Shown in pieces: positions 49,372-57,894 of a DNA stretch of 64,000 nucleotides. Under the pieces are notes generated by a model. The model was given only the letters and a program-made list of their open reading frames with translations, did not search any database and had not been told where the DNA came from. The stretch spans positions 7,258 through 71,257 of the forward strand of contig JAZQRU010000044.1 of the NCBI GenBank assembly GCA_045629745.1. Reading direction: 5' to 3'. Made by a program: the position numbers and the translations under genes. The first letter of the stretch is position 1. Each line of letters starts with the position of its first letter. Source of the stretch: Eubacteriales bacterium. Its GTDB lineage: Bacteria; Bacillota; Clostridia; Oscillospirales; CAG-272.

Positions 49372-49418
49372 ACAAAAAACAAAAGCCTAAAAGACCGTTA
49401 CAGTCATTTTAGGCTTTA
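49372..49418 (-). terminator. Intrinsic terminator after tRNA-Leu
   Basis: Stem AAGCCTAAAA/TTTTAGGCTT followed by TGTTTTTTG on the minus strand. Confidence 0.75.
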
Positions 49419-49420
49419 AG

Positions 49421-49503
49421 TGGTGCGGGTGACAGGACTTGAACCTGCACGGAAGTCCACCAGATCCTAAGTCTGGCGCGTCTGCCAATTCCGCCACACC
49501 CGC
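49421..49503 (-). tRNA. tRNA-Leu (anticodon UAG)
   Basis: Minus strand reads GCGGGTG...CCAGA-CTTAGGA-TCTGG. There is a long variable arm, a GGTTCAAGTCC T-arm, a 7-bp acceptor stem and an encoded CCA. Confidence 0.93.
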
Positions 49504-49512
49504 GTATTTGAT

Positions 49513-49541
49513 ATTCTAACATAAAGAATGCCGTTTGTCAA
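49513..49541 (-). promoter_or_regulatory. Sigma-A promoter of tRNA-Leu
   Basis: TTGACA, 17-nt spacer, TAGAAT, about 9 nt before the mature tRNA 5' end. Confidence 0.7.
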
Positions 49542-49679
49542 TCCAAATGAGCAAACTTTTATGCTTGGAGTTTTTTTCACTAATATTTTGCCGAAATCTT
49601 TATTATATCTTCTTAAAATGTTCTTTCAGAAAGTCAAGCCAATTGCGTATGAATTCAATGAGCGTTTCTTAAAAAACTA

Positions 49680-49708
49680 TTGACACAAAACAAAAACTCG
49701 CTTATAAT
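49680..49708 (+). promoter_or_regulatory. Sigma-A promoter of the MFS transporter gene
   Basis: Consensus TTGACA, 17-nt spacer, TATAAT. Confidence 0.75.
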
Positions 49709-49743
49709 TTAAACAGTTTGACAAAAAGATATCAAGAGGGCAA

Positions 49744-49836
49744 ATGGAATTCATTGCAAAAAACAATGTTCTGCCTAGAAATAAATATCTTATTCTTAAT
49801 TTTTGGCATTTTGCAAAAGGACTTTTGAAAAAATGA
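49744..49836 (+). CDS. Candidate 30-aa upstream ORF (leader peptide) overlapping the MFS start
   Basis: ATG at 49744 behind AGAGGG. Translation is MEFIAKNNVLPRNKYLILNFWHFAKGLLKK. Its TGA overlaps the MFS ATG as ATGA. Confidence 0.3.
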   Translation: MEFIAKNNVLPRNKYLILNFWHFAKGLLKK

Positions 49837-51092
49837 AAAACAGTTTTAAGAGAGTGAAGCTAGCTTGCTATTCAACGAATGCAACGATGTCGGTTATATC
49901 AAATATTTCACCTATTCTTTTTATAACGTTCCGTACGCTTTACGGAATTTCATACTCACTTCTCGGTCTTTTGGTTCTCGCGAATTTTGTAACGCAGCTT
50001 GTAGTTGACCTTATTTTCTCCTTCTTTTCGCATAAATTCAATATTCCCTTAGTGGTAAAATTGACACCTGTTATAAGCCTTGCAGGGCTCGTAGTTTTCA
50101 CTCTCGCGCCTATAATTTTTCCATCTGCGGTTTATCTCGGTCTCGTTCTGGGAACTGTGATTTTCTCGGCTTCAAGCGGACTTACAGAGGTTTTAATAAG
50201 CCCCGTTATTGACACAATTCCCTCTGAAAACCCCGAGCGAGAAATGAGTAAATTACACTCAATTTATGCGTGGGGCGTCGTTTTCGTTATCGTATTTTCA
50301 ACCTTTTTTATAAAGCTTTTCGGCGGTGAAAACTGGCAAATTCTCACTCTTATTTTAGCCGTTGTTCCACTTATCGCTTCCCTGCTTTTCTCGGGTGCAA
50401 AAATCCCCGAAATGAAAACTCCCGAGAACACAACGGGAGCGCTTAAATTTTTAAAGTACCGCGAGCTTTGGATATGTGTTTTCGCAATTTTTCTTGGCGG
50501 GGCGGCAGAATGCACTATGGCTCAATGGAGCTCGGGATATATCGAAATCGCACTCGGAATTCCTAAAATTTACGGTGATATTTTTGGTGTTGCCGTTTTT
50601 GGATTAACTCTTGCGCTCGGCAGAAGCCTTTACGCAAAATTCGGCAAAAACGTTACGAAAATTCTTTTTCTCGGCGCAATAGGCGCGTTTATTTGCTATA
50701 GCTTTGCGGCAATTTCAAATATAGCCGTTATAGGCCTTATTGCTTGCGCTCTGACAGGATTTTGCGTATCAATGCTTTGGCCAGGCACACTCGTTGTTGC
50801 CGCGCAAATATTCCCAACGGGCGGTGTATTTATATTCGCGCTAATGGCGGCAGGCGGCGACCTCGGTGCATCGCTAGGCCCGCAGCTTGTCGGACTTATT
50901 GCGGATTTTGCTATTAAAAATCAAGCTCTTGCAAATTTTGCCCTTAATTTAGGGCTTTCACCGGAAAGCTTCGGTATGCGACTCGGAATGCTCGTCGGAG
51001 CGTTGTTCCCTCTTATCGCGATATTTATATACCTACGTATTATGAATAAAGCAAAATCAAGAAAGGCCGAAGAAACTGAAGGCAATTCCTAA
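49833..51092 (+). CDS. MFS transporter
   Basis: About 419 aa with about 12 predicted hydrophobic helices. I prefer ATG 49833 over the TTG at 49803 used by the track. Confidence 0.8.
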   Translation: MKNSFKRVKLACYSTNATMSVISNISPILFITFRTLYGISYSLLGLLVLANFVTQLVVDLIFSFFSHKFNIPLVVKLTPVISLAGLVVFTLAPIIFPSAVYLGLVLGTVIFSASSGLTEVLISPVIDTIPSENPEREMSKLHSIYAWGVVFVIVFSTFFIKLFGGENWQILTLILAVVPLIASLLFSGAKIPEMKTPENTTGALKFLKYRELWICVFAIFLGGAAECTMAQWSSGYIEIALGIPKIYGDIFGVAVFGLTLALGRSLYAKFGKNVTKILFLGAIGAFICYSFAAISNIAVIGLIACALTGFCVSMLWPGTLVVAAQIFPTGGVFIFALMAAGGDLGASLGPQLVGLIADFAIKNQALANFALNLGLSPESFGMRLGMLVGALFPLIAIFIYLRIMNKAKSRKAEETEGNS

Positions 51093-51117
51093 TTTTTCCA
51101 TAGCTTGCAGAAACGTT

Positions 51118-51290
51118 ATGTTCCGCTTAGCGCTCAATTTACCAGGTCTTCAAAATTGCTTCAACCACCCCTGCAAAATTTTGGGCTTTTACGAAGTTGG
51201 TGAAATCGCAATAGGAAAATGCGCAAATCTCGTTATGGTAGACGGACTTTTCAACGCAAAAAAGTAATTTTCGATGGAAATACCGTAAAA
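51118..51290 (+). pseudogene. Relic of the C-terminus of a NagA-like amidohydrolase
   Basis: Reads ...LALNLPGLQNCFNHPCKILGFYEVGEIAIGKCANLVMVDGLFNAKK, then a stop, then VIFDGNTV in the -1 frame. This resembles the NagA C-terminal block (NPA..LG....G.I..GK.ADLV..D......V..G..V). No upstream catalytic part is present. Confidence 0.45.
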
Positions 51291-51363
51291 AATTCACCGC
51301 ATTTGCAAAAAGCAATGCAAAAGCACTTATGACAAACGTTTTTCTTTATCATAAGTGCTTTTT

Positions 51364-52341
51364 TTAGCCGAAGATTAAGTTCATAAGTGAATAAGCAAGC
51401 GGTATTATAATGACTGCCATAGTATGTGATATCAATGCCATTGAGGCACCTGTTTTTGGATTTCCGTCATATGCCTCGGGATATATTATAGTATTTAATC
51501 CAAGCGGTGTTGCATACGCAAAAAATGCTAAATACAGTACCGTATTTTCGATATTCAAGTCAAAAATTACGTTTATCAGTTCTTTTACTCCGAAAAGCGC
51601 CGCTATCAAAGCTGCGGGAATGAGAGTTAGCCTTAAAAGCGAAGAAATATAAACCTTTTTATCACCTATAATCTCACGGGTTTTATATCCCGCAATGGTA
51701 AATCCTGCAAGAAGCATTGCAACGGGGCCCATACAAGCCATCAGTCCTTCGAGGGTTGAACCTAAAAATTCCGGCATAACCTTACCAAATCCGAGAAGAC
51801 CTGCAGTAATACCTAAAAACAAGGCTACCATCGGCGGATTAAAAATTGCCTTAAGAGTATCGCCTTTATTTTCGCCCTTAGGAATCAACATAGTGACACC
51901 CCAGGTTAAGATGCTTATCGTAACGGGTATACAGAAAAATTTGTAATACGAAAGCGTTTCCTGTCCTAAAAGAGAAAGAATTAAAGGATCGCCCATATAT
52001 CCGCTATTGGCAAAAACCAAAGCATAGCAAAATATTCCGCGCTCGGAACATTTTTTTCTCACGAAAAGCTTAGCAAGAACAATACCTAAAGGAATTGCAA
52101 TTATTATAAGGAATATAGATAAAAACAAATTCGTTGAGTGAGTTGCGATAGTTTCGGGTGTGCAAAACCTTACCATAGTTAAAAAGCTGAGAGCCGGACA
52201 AAATACCCAGGTTTCAAGCTTAGCCATAGTTTTTCCTGCGTTTCCAGGGAGAATATTCAATTTTCTGAGCGCAAATCCTATTGCTATAATAGAAAAAAGC
52301 ATAAGCATAGGATTCAAGGTTGCTAAAAAGGGTTTTAACAT
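51364..52341 (-). CDS. AEC (auxin efflux carrier) family transporter
   Basis: 325 aa polytopic membrane protein with AEC-like N- and C-terminal repeats. Confidence 0.8.
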   Translation of the reverse strand: MLKPFLATLNPMLMLFSIIAIGFALRKLNILPGNAGKTMAKLETWVFCPALSFLTMVRFCTPETIATHSTNLFLSIFLIIIAIPLGIVLAKLFVRKKCSERGIFCYALVFANSGYMGDPLILSLLGQETLSYYKFFCIPVTISILTWGVTMLIPKGENKGDTLKAIFNPPMVALFLGITAGLLGFGKVMPEFLGSTLEGLMACMGPVAMLLAGFTIAGYKTREIIGDKKVYISSLLRLTLIPAALIAALFGVKELINVIFDLNIENTVLYLAFFAYATPLGLNTIIYPEAYDGNPKTGASMALISHTMAVIIIPLAYSLMNLIFG

Positions 52342-52371
52342 TTGGTTCTCCTCTATAAAAAATACAGTAAT

Positions 52372-52399
52372 ATTATATCAAAATTTGCGGTGTTGTCAA
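52372..52399 (-). promoter_or_regulatory. Sigma-A promoter of the AEC transporter gene
   Basis: TTGACA, 16-nt spacer, TATAAT, with a TG extension (TGATATAAT). Confidence 0.7.
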
Positions 52400-52872
52400 T
52401 ACGTTTTGGCTTTTACGACTCCAAAAACTCAAAAAATCCTCGCAACTCATTCCATAAATATATTTTTTAATTTTAAAGCTACGAAAGCTCTCGATAATTT
52501 CGGCAAAATCTTTGCCCTGAATAAGCAAGAGAGACGGCCCTAAAAATTCAAAATAATCACCGCTAAAAATCGCTTTTCTACGGTTTCATTCCGCATAAAA
52601 ATTTCAATTCTTATTTGCAAAAGAAAATCTTTTCGATTTTATTACAGTATAATCCGAAACGAAGCTTCTTTCGGGGAAAAGCAATTCGCGCTACGCGAAT
52701 AGCGCTTCAAACACAGAAAAGCTCACAAGCTCCAATCTCATCGGGAAGCTCAGTTTTTCACTTTTGTGCCGTCGTTTTTCCGATATATTTTAAGAAGCTC
52801 CATACATAAGCTCTGCGCAAACGTTTTTGAGAGTTATATCATTTCCCTTGATTTTCGTCAACTATCAGGATA

Positions 52873-52902
52873 TAAAAAATGCGCCTTTTGGCGCATTTTT
52901 TA
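52873..52902. terminator. Bidirectional terminator at the end of the ABC-F gene
   Basis: AAAAAATGCGCC-TTTT-GGCGCATTTTTT. Confidence 0.85.
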
Positions 52903-54495
52903 ACTTGTTAAAGACTTCTTATGTTCAAGGAATTCCTCGTAAGTTCCCATACGGTCAATAAAGCCGTCGGGGGTGATTTCTATGATTCGGTTGGCAACCG
53001 TGTTAACTATTTCGTAGTCGTGAGAGGAAAAAAGTATATTACCTTTGAAATTTTGCATACCGTGGTTTACCGCAGTTATAGACTCAAGGTCGAGGTGGTC
53101 TGTGGGTTGGTCTATCATAAGAAGATTTGAACCGAAGAGCATCATTCGTGAGAACATACATCTTACCTTTTCGCCGCCCGAAAGGACGTTTACCGGCTTA
53201 AATACCGCTTCATTTGAAAAAAGCATTTTACCGAGGAATCCTCGAAGATAGCTTTCCGTCTGGTCCTTTGAATACTGGCGCATCCAGTCAAGGATAGATT
53301 CCTTATGTCCTTCAAAAAAGGCAGAATTATCGTGGGGGAAATACGAGGTCGTTATAGAAACTCCGAATTTGAATTCGCCGGAGTCCGCCTCTTCCTCTTC
53401 GTTGAGAATTTTGAAGAGGTGTGTTATTGCAAGCTCGTTTCCTACGAATGCAATTTTATCGTCTTTATTAACGCGGAAGGTCAAATCCTTGAAAAGGAAC
53501 TTTCCGTCAACGGTTTTTGAAAGGTTTTCAACGTAAAGAATTTCCTTGCCCGCTTCCCTATCCATATCAAAGCCTATAAAGGGATAGCGGCGGCTTGATG
53601 CGGGAAGCTCCTCAACCGTAAGCTTATCAAGAAGCTTTCTTCTTGAGGTTGCCTGACGGGATTTTGATTTGTTTGCCGAGAATCTTGAAATGAAATTCTG
53701 AAGCTCCGCAATTTTTTCTTCGTTTTTCTTATTCTGCATTTTAATCATACGTTGGATAAGCTGGCTGGATTCATACCAGAATTCGTAGTTACCGACGTAC
53801 ATTTTTATGCCGTTATAATCTATATCAACGATATTAGTGCAAACGTCATTTAAGAAATGGCGGTCGTGGGAAACGACAAGAACCGTGCCGAAATAATCGG
53901 CAAGGAAGTTTTCAAGCCACATAACAGCATCAAGGTCAAGACCGTTTGTAGGCTCGTCAAGAAGAATTATATCGGGATTTCCGAAAAGAGCCTGCGCGAG
54001 AAGCACTTTAACCTTTTCACTTTCCTTAAGGCTTGACATCTGCATATAAAGATATTCGTCAGTAAGACCGAGTCCCTGAATAAGCTTTGACGCTTCACTT
54101 TCGGACTCCCATCCGTTAAGCTCTGCAAATTCTGCTTCAAGCTCGAATACCCTTATTCCATCTTCGTCGCTAAGCTCCGCCTTCGCATAAAGCTCATTCT
54201 TCTCTTGCGTAATTTCATAAAGGCGCTCGTTACCCATTATTATAGTATCGAGAACCGTATATTCCTCGTAAGCAAAGTGATTCTGCTTAAGAACTGACAT
54301 TCTTACGGTATCGGGAATATAAACCTCGCCCTTAGTAGGCTCAAGTTCACCGCAAAGAAGCTTCAAAAAGGTCGATTTTCCTGCGCCGTTTGCACCTATT
54401 ATTCCGTAACAGTTGCCTGGGGTAAATTTAAGGTCAACGTCTTTAAAAAGAACCTGTCCGCCAAACTGAAACGTAAGATTTGAAACTGTAATCAT
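52900..54495 (-). CDS. ABC-F family ATPase (YbiT/EttA-like, no membrane domain)
   Basis: 531 aa. Two ABC cassettes (GANGAGKST, LSGGEKVR, LLLDEPTN) with a short inter-domain linker. Confidence 0.88.
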   Translation of the reverse strand: MITVSNLTFQFGGQVLFKDVDLKFTPGNCYGIIGANGAGKSTFLKLLCGELEPTKGEVYIPDTVRMSVLKQNHFAYEEYTVLDTIIMGNERLYEITQEKNELYAKAELSDEDGIRVFELEAEFAELNGWESESEASKLIQGLGLTDEYLYMQMSSLKESEKVKVLLAQALFGNPDIILLDEPTNGLDLDAVMWLENFLADYFGTVLVVSHDRHFLNDVCTNIVDIDYNGIKMYVGNYEFWYESSQLIQRMIKMQNKKNEEKIAELQNFISRFSANKSKSRQATSRRKLLDKLTVEELPASSRRYPFIGFDMDREAGKEILYVENLSKTVDGKFLFKDLTFRVNKDDKIAFVGNELAITHLFKILNEEEEADSGEFKFGVSITTSYFPHDNSAFFEGHKESILDWMRQYSKDQTESYLRGFLGKMLFSNEAVFKPVNVLSGGEKVRCMFSRMMLFGSNLLMIDQPTDHLDLESITAVNHGMQNFKGNILFSSHDYEIVNTVANRIIEITPDGFIDRMGTYEEFLEHKKSLTS

Positions 54496-55289
54496 TTTTT
54501 CTCCAAATTATTATAAACTTCTCTTATATTCTGCATCACGTACGTGGGCTTTATTTCGGATTTTTCAAGGTCTTTTAAAGTGCCCTCGCCCGAAAGAACA
54601 AAAATCGTATCTATACCCGCATTGTAGCCCGAAGCTATATCGGTATAGAGTCTGTCACCTATCATTACGCATTCGCTTTTTTCATAGCCGTATTTTTCAA
54701 GAGATAAAAGAATCATATCGGGACGGGGTTTTCCTATAAAGAATGGCTCTCTTCCAGTTGCTCTTTTAAGCATTTCGGCAAAGCAACCGCAATCAGGAAC
54801 GTATCCGTAAGAGGTTGGACAAACCCAGTCGGGATTAGTTGCTATATATTCCTTAACGCCTTTCGTCAACAAAAAGCTTGCGTCGTCAAGCTTTTTAAAA
54901 GTAAGCTCTGTGTCGTTTGAAATTATGAGCCCGTATATACCGTCCTGAAGCTCAGTTGTAATATTAACTCCGCATCTCAACAGCTCTTTATTAAAGGACT
55001 CCGTTCCCATAGAGTAAAATTTCTTACCCGGGAAATTTGAATTAAGATACAGAACCGTTGCTTCCGTTGAGGTTAAAAAGTCGTCGCGCACACTTTCAAT
55101 TCCGATTTTTTTAAGCTTTTCGATATAGGCTTCAACGCTTTTTGAGGAATTATTCGTAACGAAAAGATATTTTCCACCGTTTTTACGAACCCTTGCCAAA
55201 AAATCAAGAGTTCCGTCAAAAAGCTCGTTGTCAAGATATATCGTTCCGTCCATATCCAAAAGAAAAAGCTTTTTATTTTTAAGTTCCAT
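54492..55289 (-). CDS. HAD-IIA family hydrolase (NagD-like sugar phosphatase)
   Basis: 265 aa. LLDMDGTIY, TNNSS and GDRLYTDI. The stop overlaps the ABC-F start. Confidence 0.85.
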   Translation of the reverse strand: MELKNKKLFLLDMDGTIYLDNELFDGTLDFLARVRKNGGKYLFVTNNSSKSVEAYIEKLKKIGIESVRDDFLTSTEATVLYLNSNFPGKKFYSMGTESFNKELLRCGVNITTELQDGIYGLIISNDTELTFKKLDDASFLLTKGVKEYIATNPDWVCPTSYGYVPDCGCFAEMLKRATGREPFFIGKPRPDMILLSLEKYGYEKSECVMIGDRLYTDIASGYNAGIDTIFVLSGEGTLKDLEKSEIKPTYVMQNIREVYNNLEKK

Positions 55290-55629
55290 ATTTTTCCTTC
55301 ATATTAAAAGAGGCGAACCTTTGGGGAGCGCCTCTTTGGCTTTTTAAATTATGCGTAGCTTAAGCCGTAAGATAACCAAACTCATAAGGTTTTAAAAGAT
55401 AGATTTCTCCATATACTTCGCCGCTTTTTTCTTAAATATTGTATATCCTGTTAAAAAACTGACTCGTCTATGAAAAAATCTATTCTTTTAAAACTGCATT
55501 CGCACCTTACGGTAAATAAATTTTGGTGGATTTTGTTGTAATGAGCCGCAGTAAAGTAGAACTTTACAAAACTCGGTACGACGAAAGACGCCAAAATTTA
55601 TCGTCGCAAGGTTTGTTAATTCGATTTTC

Positions 55630-56655
55630 TTACGGCTGATCGTCGGGATATCCGTCGGGATTCATTCTCTGCCATCTTGCAGAGTCCTCACACATCTTTT
55701 CGAGGCCACGCTCTGCACGCCAGCCGAGAACTTCATATGCCTTGGTGGGATCTGCATAGCACTCAGCAATATCACCGGGGCGGCGAGGTCCTATCTTATA
55801 TTTAACAGGTGATCCCCATACCTTTCCGAAAGCATCAACCATTTCAAGAACGGAATAACCGTTTCCTGTTCCAACGTTGATATAGTCAATTCCCTGCATT
55901 CTGCCGGTGTAATCAATAGCTTTAAGATGCGCAAGAGCCAGGTCAACAACGTGAATAAAGTCACGCACACCCGTTCCGTCCTTAGTATCGTAATCGTCTC
56001 CGAAAACGCTCAAGCACTCAAGCTTGCCTGCTGCAACCTTTGCAATATAAGGCAAAAGGTTGTTGGGAATGCCTCTGGGGTCTTCTCCGATAAGGCCGGA
56101 TTCGTGAGCGCCGATGGGGTTGAAATAACGAAGAACGCAAACAGAAAGATTAGGATATGCTGCGCAGCAGTCCTTGAGAATTCTTTCTATCATAAGCTTC
56201 GTTTCGCCGTAAGGGTTAGTTGTGGAAAGAGGAAAATCCTCTCTTATCGGAACGGATTTGGGAAGTCCGTATACCGTCGCGGAAGAGCTGAATACTATTC
56301 TGTTAACTCCGTACTTTACCATAGAAGCGAGAAGATTGAACGTTCCCGTAAGGTTGTTGTGATAATACTTAAGGGGAAGCGAGCAGGATTCACCCACAGC
56401 TTTAAGACCTGCGAAATGAATTACAGCTTCGATTTCGGGGTGCGTTGCAAAAATACCGTCAAGCTTTTCCGCTTCAAGAAGGTCGCACTTTATAAATTCA
56501 GGTCTTTTACCCGAAATTTTTTCAATACGGTCAAGAACGCAAAGCTTGCTGTTTGAAAGGTTATCGACGATTACTACGTCTTTACCTATTTTGTGAAGTT
56601 CAACTACGGTATGAGAACCTATATATCCGGTTCCGCCCGTTACAAGAATTGACAT
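55630..56655 (-). CDS. galE: UDP-glucose 4-epimerase
   Basis: 341 aa. VTGGTGYIGSH, SSSATVYG and YGETK. Confidence 0.95.
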   Translation of the reverse strand: MSILVTGGTGYIGSHTVVELHKIGKDVVIVDNLSNSKLCVLDRIEKISGKRPEFIKCDLLEAEKLDGIFATHPEIEAVIHFAGLKAVGESCSLPLKYYHNNLTGTFNLLASMVKYGVNRIVFSSSATVYGLPKSVPIREDFPLSTTNPYGETKLMIERILKDCCAAYPNLSVCVLRYFNPIGAHESGLIGEDPRGIPNNLLPYIAKVAAGKLECLSVFGDDYDTKDGTGVRDFIHVVDLALAHLKAIDYTGRMQGIDYINVGTGNGYSVLEMVDAFGKVWGSPVKYKIGPRRPGDIAECYADPTKAYEVLGWRAERGLEKMCEDSARWQRMNPDGYPDDQP

Positions 56656-56702
56656 ATTTCCCTCCGTTTATAGTCATTTTGACGTGAAATTTCTTAAGTT
56701 AA

Positions 56703-56735
56703 AACAAAAAAGAGCAGTCGAGCTACTCTTTTTTG
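56703..56735. terminator. Intrinsic terminator after rpmA
   Basis: Hairpin AGAGCAG..CTACTCT (one mismatch) flanked by an A-run and a T-run. Confidence 0.65.
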
Positions 56736-56741
56736 AAAATA

Positions 56742-57023
56742 TTAGTCAGCTGCGTATACGCTAACCTGCTTTCTACCGCCGGAAATGTGCTCGAACTTAA
56801 CAGTTCCGTCGATAAGTGCGAAAAGAGTATCGTCAGTTCCGATACCTACGTTCTTACCGGGGTGGATTTTTGTTCCACGCTGTCTTACGAGAATATTACC
56901 TGCGATAACTGCCTGACCGTCAGCCTTTTTAACGCCAAGGCGCTTAGACTCGGAATCACGGCCGTTTTTCGTAGAACCAACGCCCTTTTTGTGAGCGAAG
57001 AATTGCAAACTAAGTTTTAACAT
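56742..57023 (-). CDS. rpmA: 50S ribosomal protein L27 with cleavable N-terminal extension
   Basis: [24 protein letters not shown].... I place the start at ATG 57023 behind GGAGG; the track ATG at 57038 lies in the RBS. Confidence 0.95.
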   Translation of the reverse strand: MLKLSLQFFAHKKGVGSTKNGRDSESKRLGVKKADGQAVIAGNILVRQRGTKIHPGKNVGIGTDDTLFALIDGTVKFEHISGGRKQVSVYAAD

Positions 57024-57065
57024 TTCGTGTACCTCCATAATTTTTTGTGGCTTGAAGCCAATTCG

Positions 57066-57422
57066 CTATATTTCTCTCTCGATCTCTTTTACGTCAAGAA
57101 ATTCATAATATTCCTCAACAAGATCCATTAACTGAAAGAAATAAGCCTGTATAAGACCTGAAACAGCGTACTGTTTCTTTTCATCCTTTTCATATTTAGG
57201 AAGAGCGGCTTTTGCAATAACCTTTATGTCGGTCGTTTTCTCATCAATGGTGTAATCAACGTTTGAAGCATAGGATACCTCAATAGCATTGATAAGAAGC
57301 ATCGTCATACTGGAGAGAGCTGCGCAAAGAACATCATCGCCCGATTCGCCATAACCGGTATGTCCCTGCTCCTCAAAGCCGTAGTAAAATCCGCCTGTCT
57401 TATAAAATACAACCGTTGTCAT
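57066..57422 (-). CDS. prp: Ribosomal-processing cysteine protease Prp
   Basis: 118 aa. GHTGYGESGDDVLCAALS (His/Cys dyad). Located between rplU and rpmA. Confidence 0.9.
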   Translation of the reverse strand: MTTVVFYKTGGFYYGFEEQGHTGYGESGDDVLCAALSSMTMLLINAIEVSYASNVDYTIDEKTTDIKVIAKAALPKYEKDEKKQYAVSGLIQAYFFQLMDLVEEYYEFLDVKEIEREI

Positions 57423-57429
57423 TTAACAA

Positions 57430-57738
57430 TCAGCCGTTGATCGCATCGATCTGAATTTTTGTGTAGTCCTGGCGATGACCGATCTTTTTCTTTTCGTTCT
57501 TCTTAGACTTGTATCTAATAACGTCGATCTTCTTGGACTTACCGTTCTTAAGTACGGTTGCAACAACAGTTGCGCCTTCAACCTTAGGAGTTCCGACAGT
57601 CAAAGTTTCACCGTTTACGACAAGAACATTGTCGAAGGTCACTTTCTCGCCTTCGGATACGCCAAGCTTCTCTACGAAGATAACGTCACCCTCAGCAACT
57701 TTATACTGCTTTCCGCCTGTTACAAAAATTGCGAACAT
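57430..57738 (-). CDS. rplU: 50S ribosomal protein L21
   Basis: 102 aa. [18 protein letters not shown].... Confidence 0.95.
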   Translation of the reverse strand: MFAIFVTGGKQYKVAEGDVIFVEKLGVSEGEKVTFDNVLVVNGETLTVGTPKVEGATVVATVLKNGKSKKIDVIRYKSKKNEKKKIGHRQDYTKIQIDAING

Positions 57739-57824
57739 TTAAAAAGCACCTCACTTTCGTGTATAATCGCTATCATAGGCGGCAAAAACGCACTTTTCGG
57801 AAGCCTATCAATAAGCGTCATAAT
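57739..57824 (-). promoter_or_regulatory. 5' leader of rplU (candidate L21 ribosomal-protein leader)
   Basis: About 85 nt of untranslated leader with the hairpin ATAGGC...GCCTAT between the promoter and the RBS. The family assignment is not verified. Confidence 0.3.
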
Positions 57825-57853
57825 ATTTTAGCACTATAAATATAAAAAGTCAA
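57825..57853 (-). promoter_or_regulatory. Sigma-A promoter of rplU-prp-rpmA
   Basis: TTGACT, 17-nt spacer, TAAAAT. Confidence 0.7.
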
Positions 57854-57894
57854 TAGCTTTTGTCAAAAAAATACAATTTTTTTTAAGTTTTTTA

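Noticed and set aside
49300-49560. tRNA-Leu as an integration site of a genomic island or prophage.
   Set aside because: No integrase, excisionase, phage or transposase gene is present in the window. I could not find a direct repeat of the tRNA 3' end. The flanking relics are metabolic genes.
52160-52809. Track ORFs 52160-52543 and 52615-52809 in the gap upstream of the AEC transporter.
   Set aside because: The first is antisense to the AEC gene start and its consensus promoter. The second has no RBS and a low-complexity product. The region looks like degraded sequence rather than live genes.
52900-54495. ABC-F protein as an antibiotic-resistance (ARE) ribosomal protection factor.
   Set aside because: The inter-domain linker is short, like YbiT/EttA-type housekeeping ABC-Fs. 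I see no leader-peptide attenuator directly upstream, and it is translationally coupled to a HAD phosphatase.
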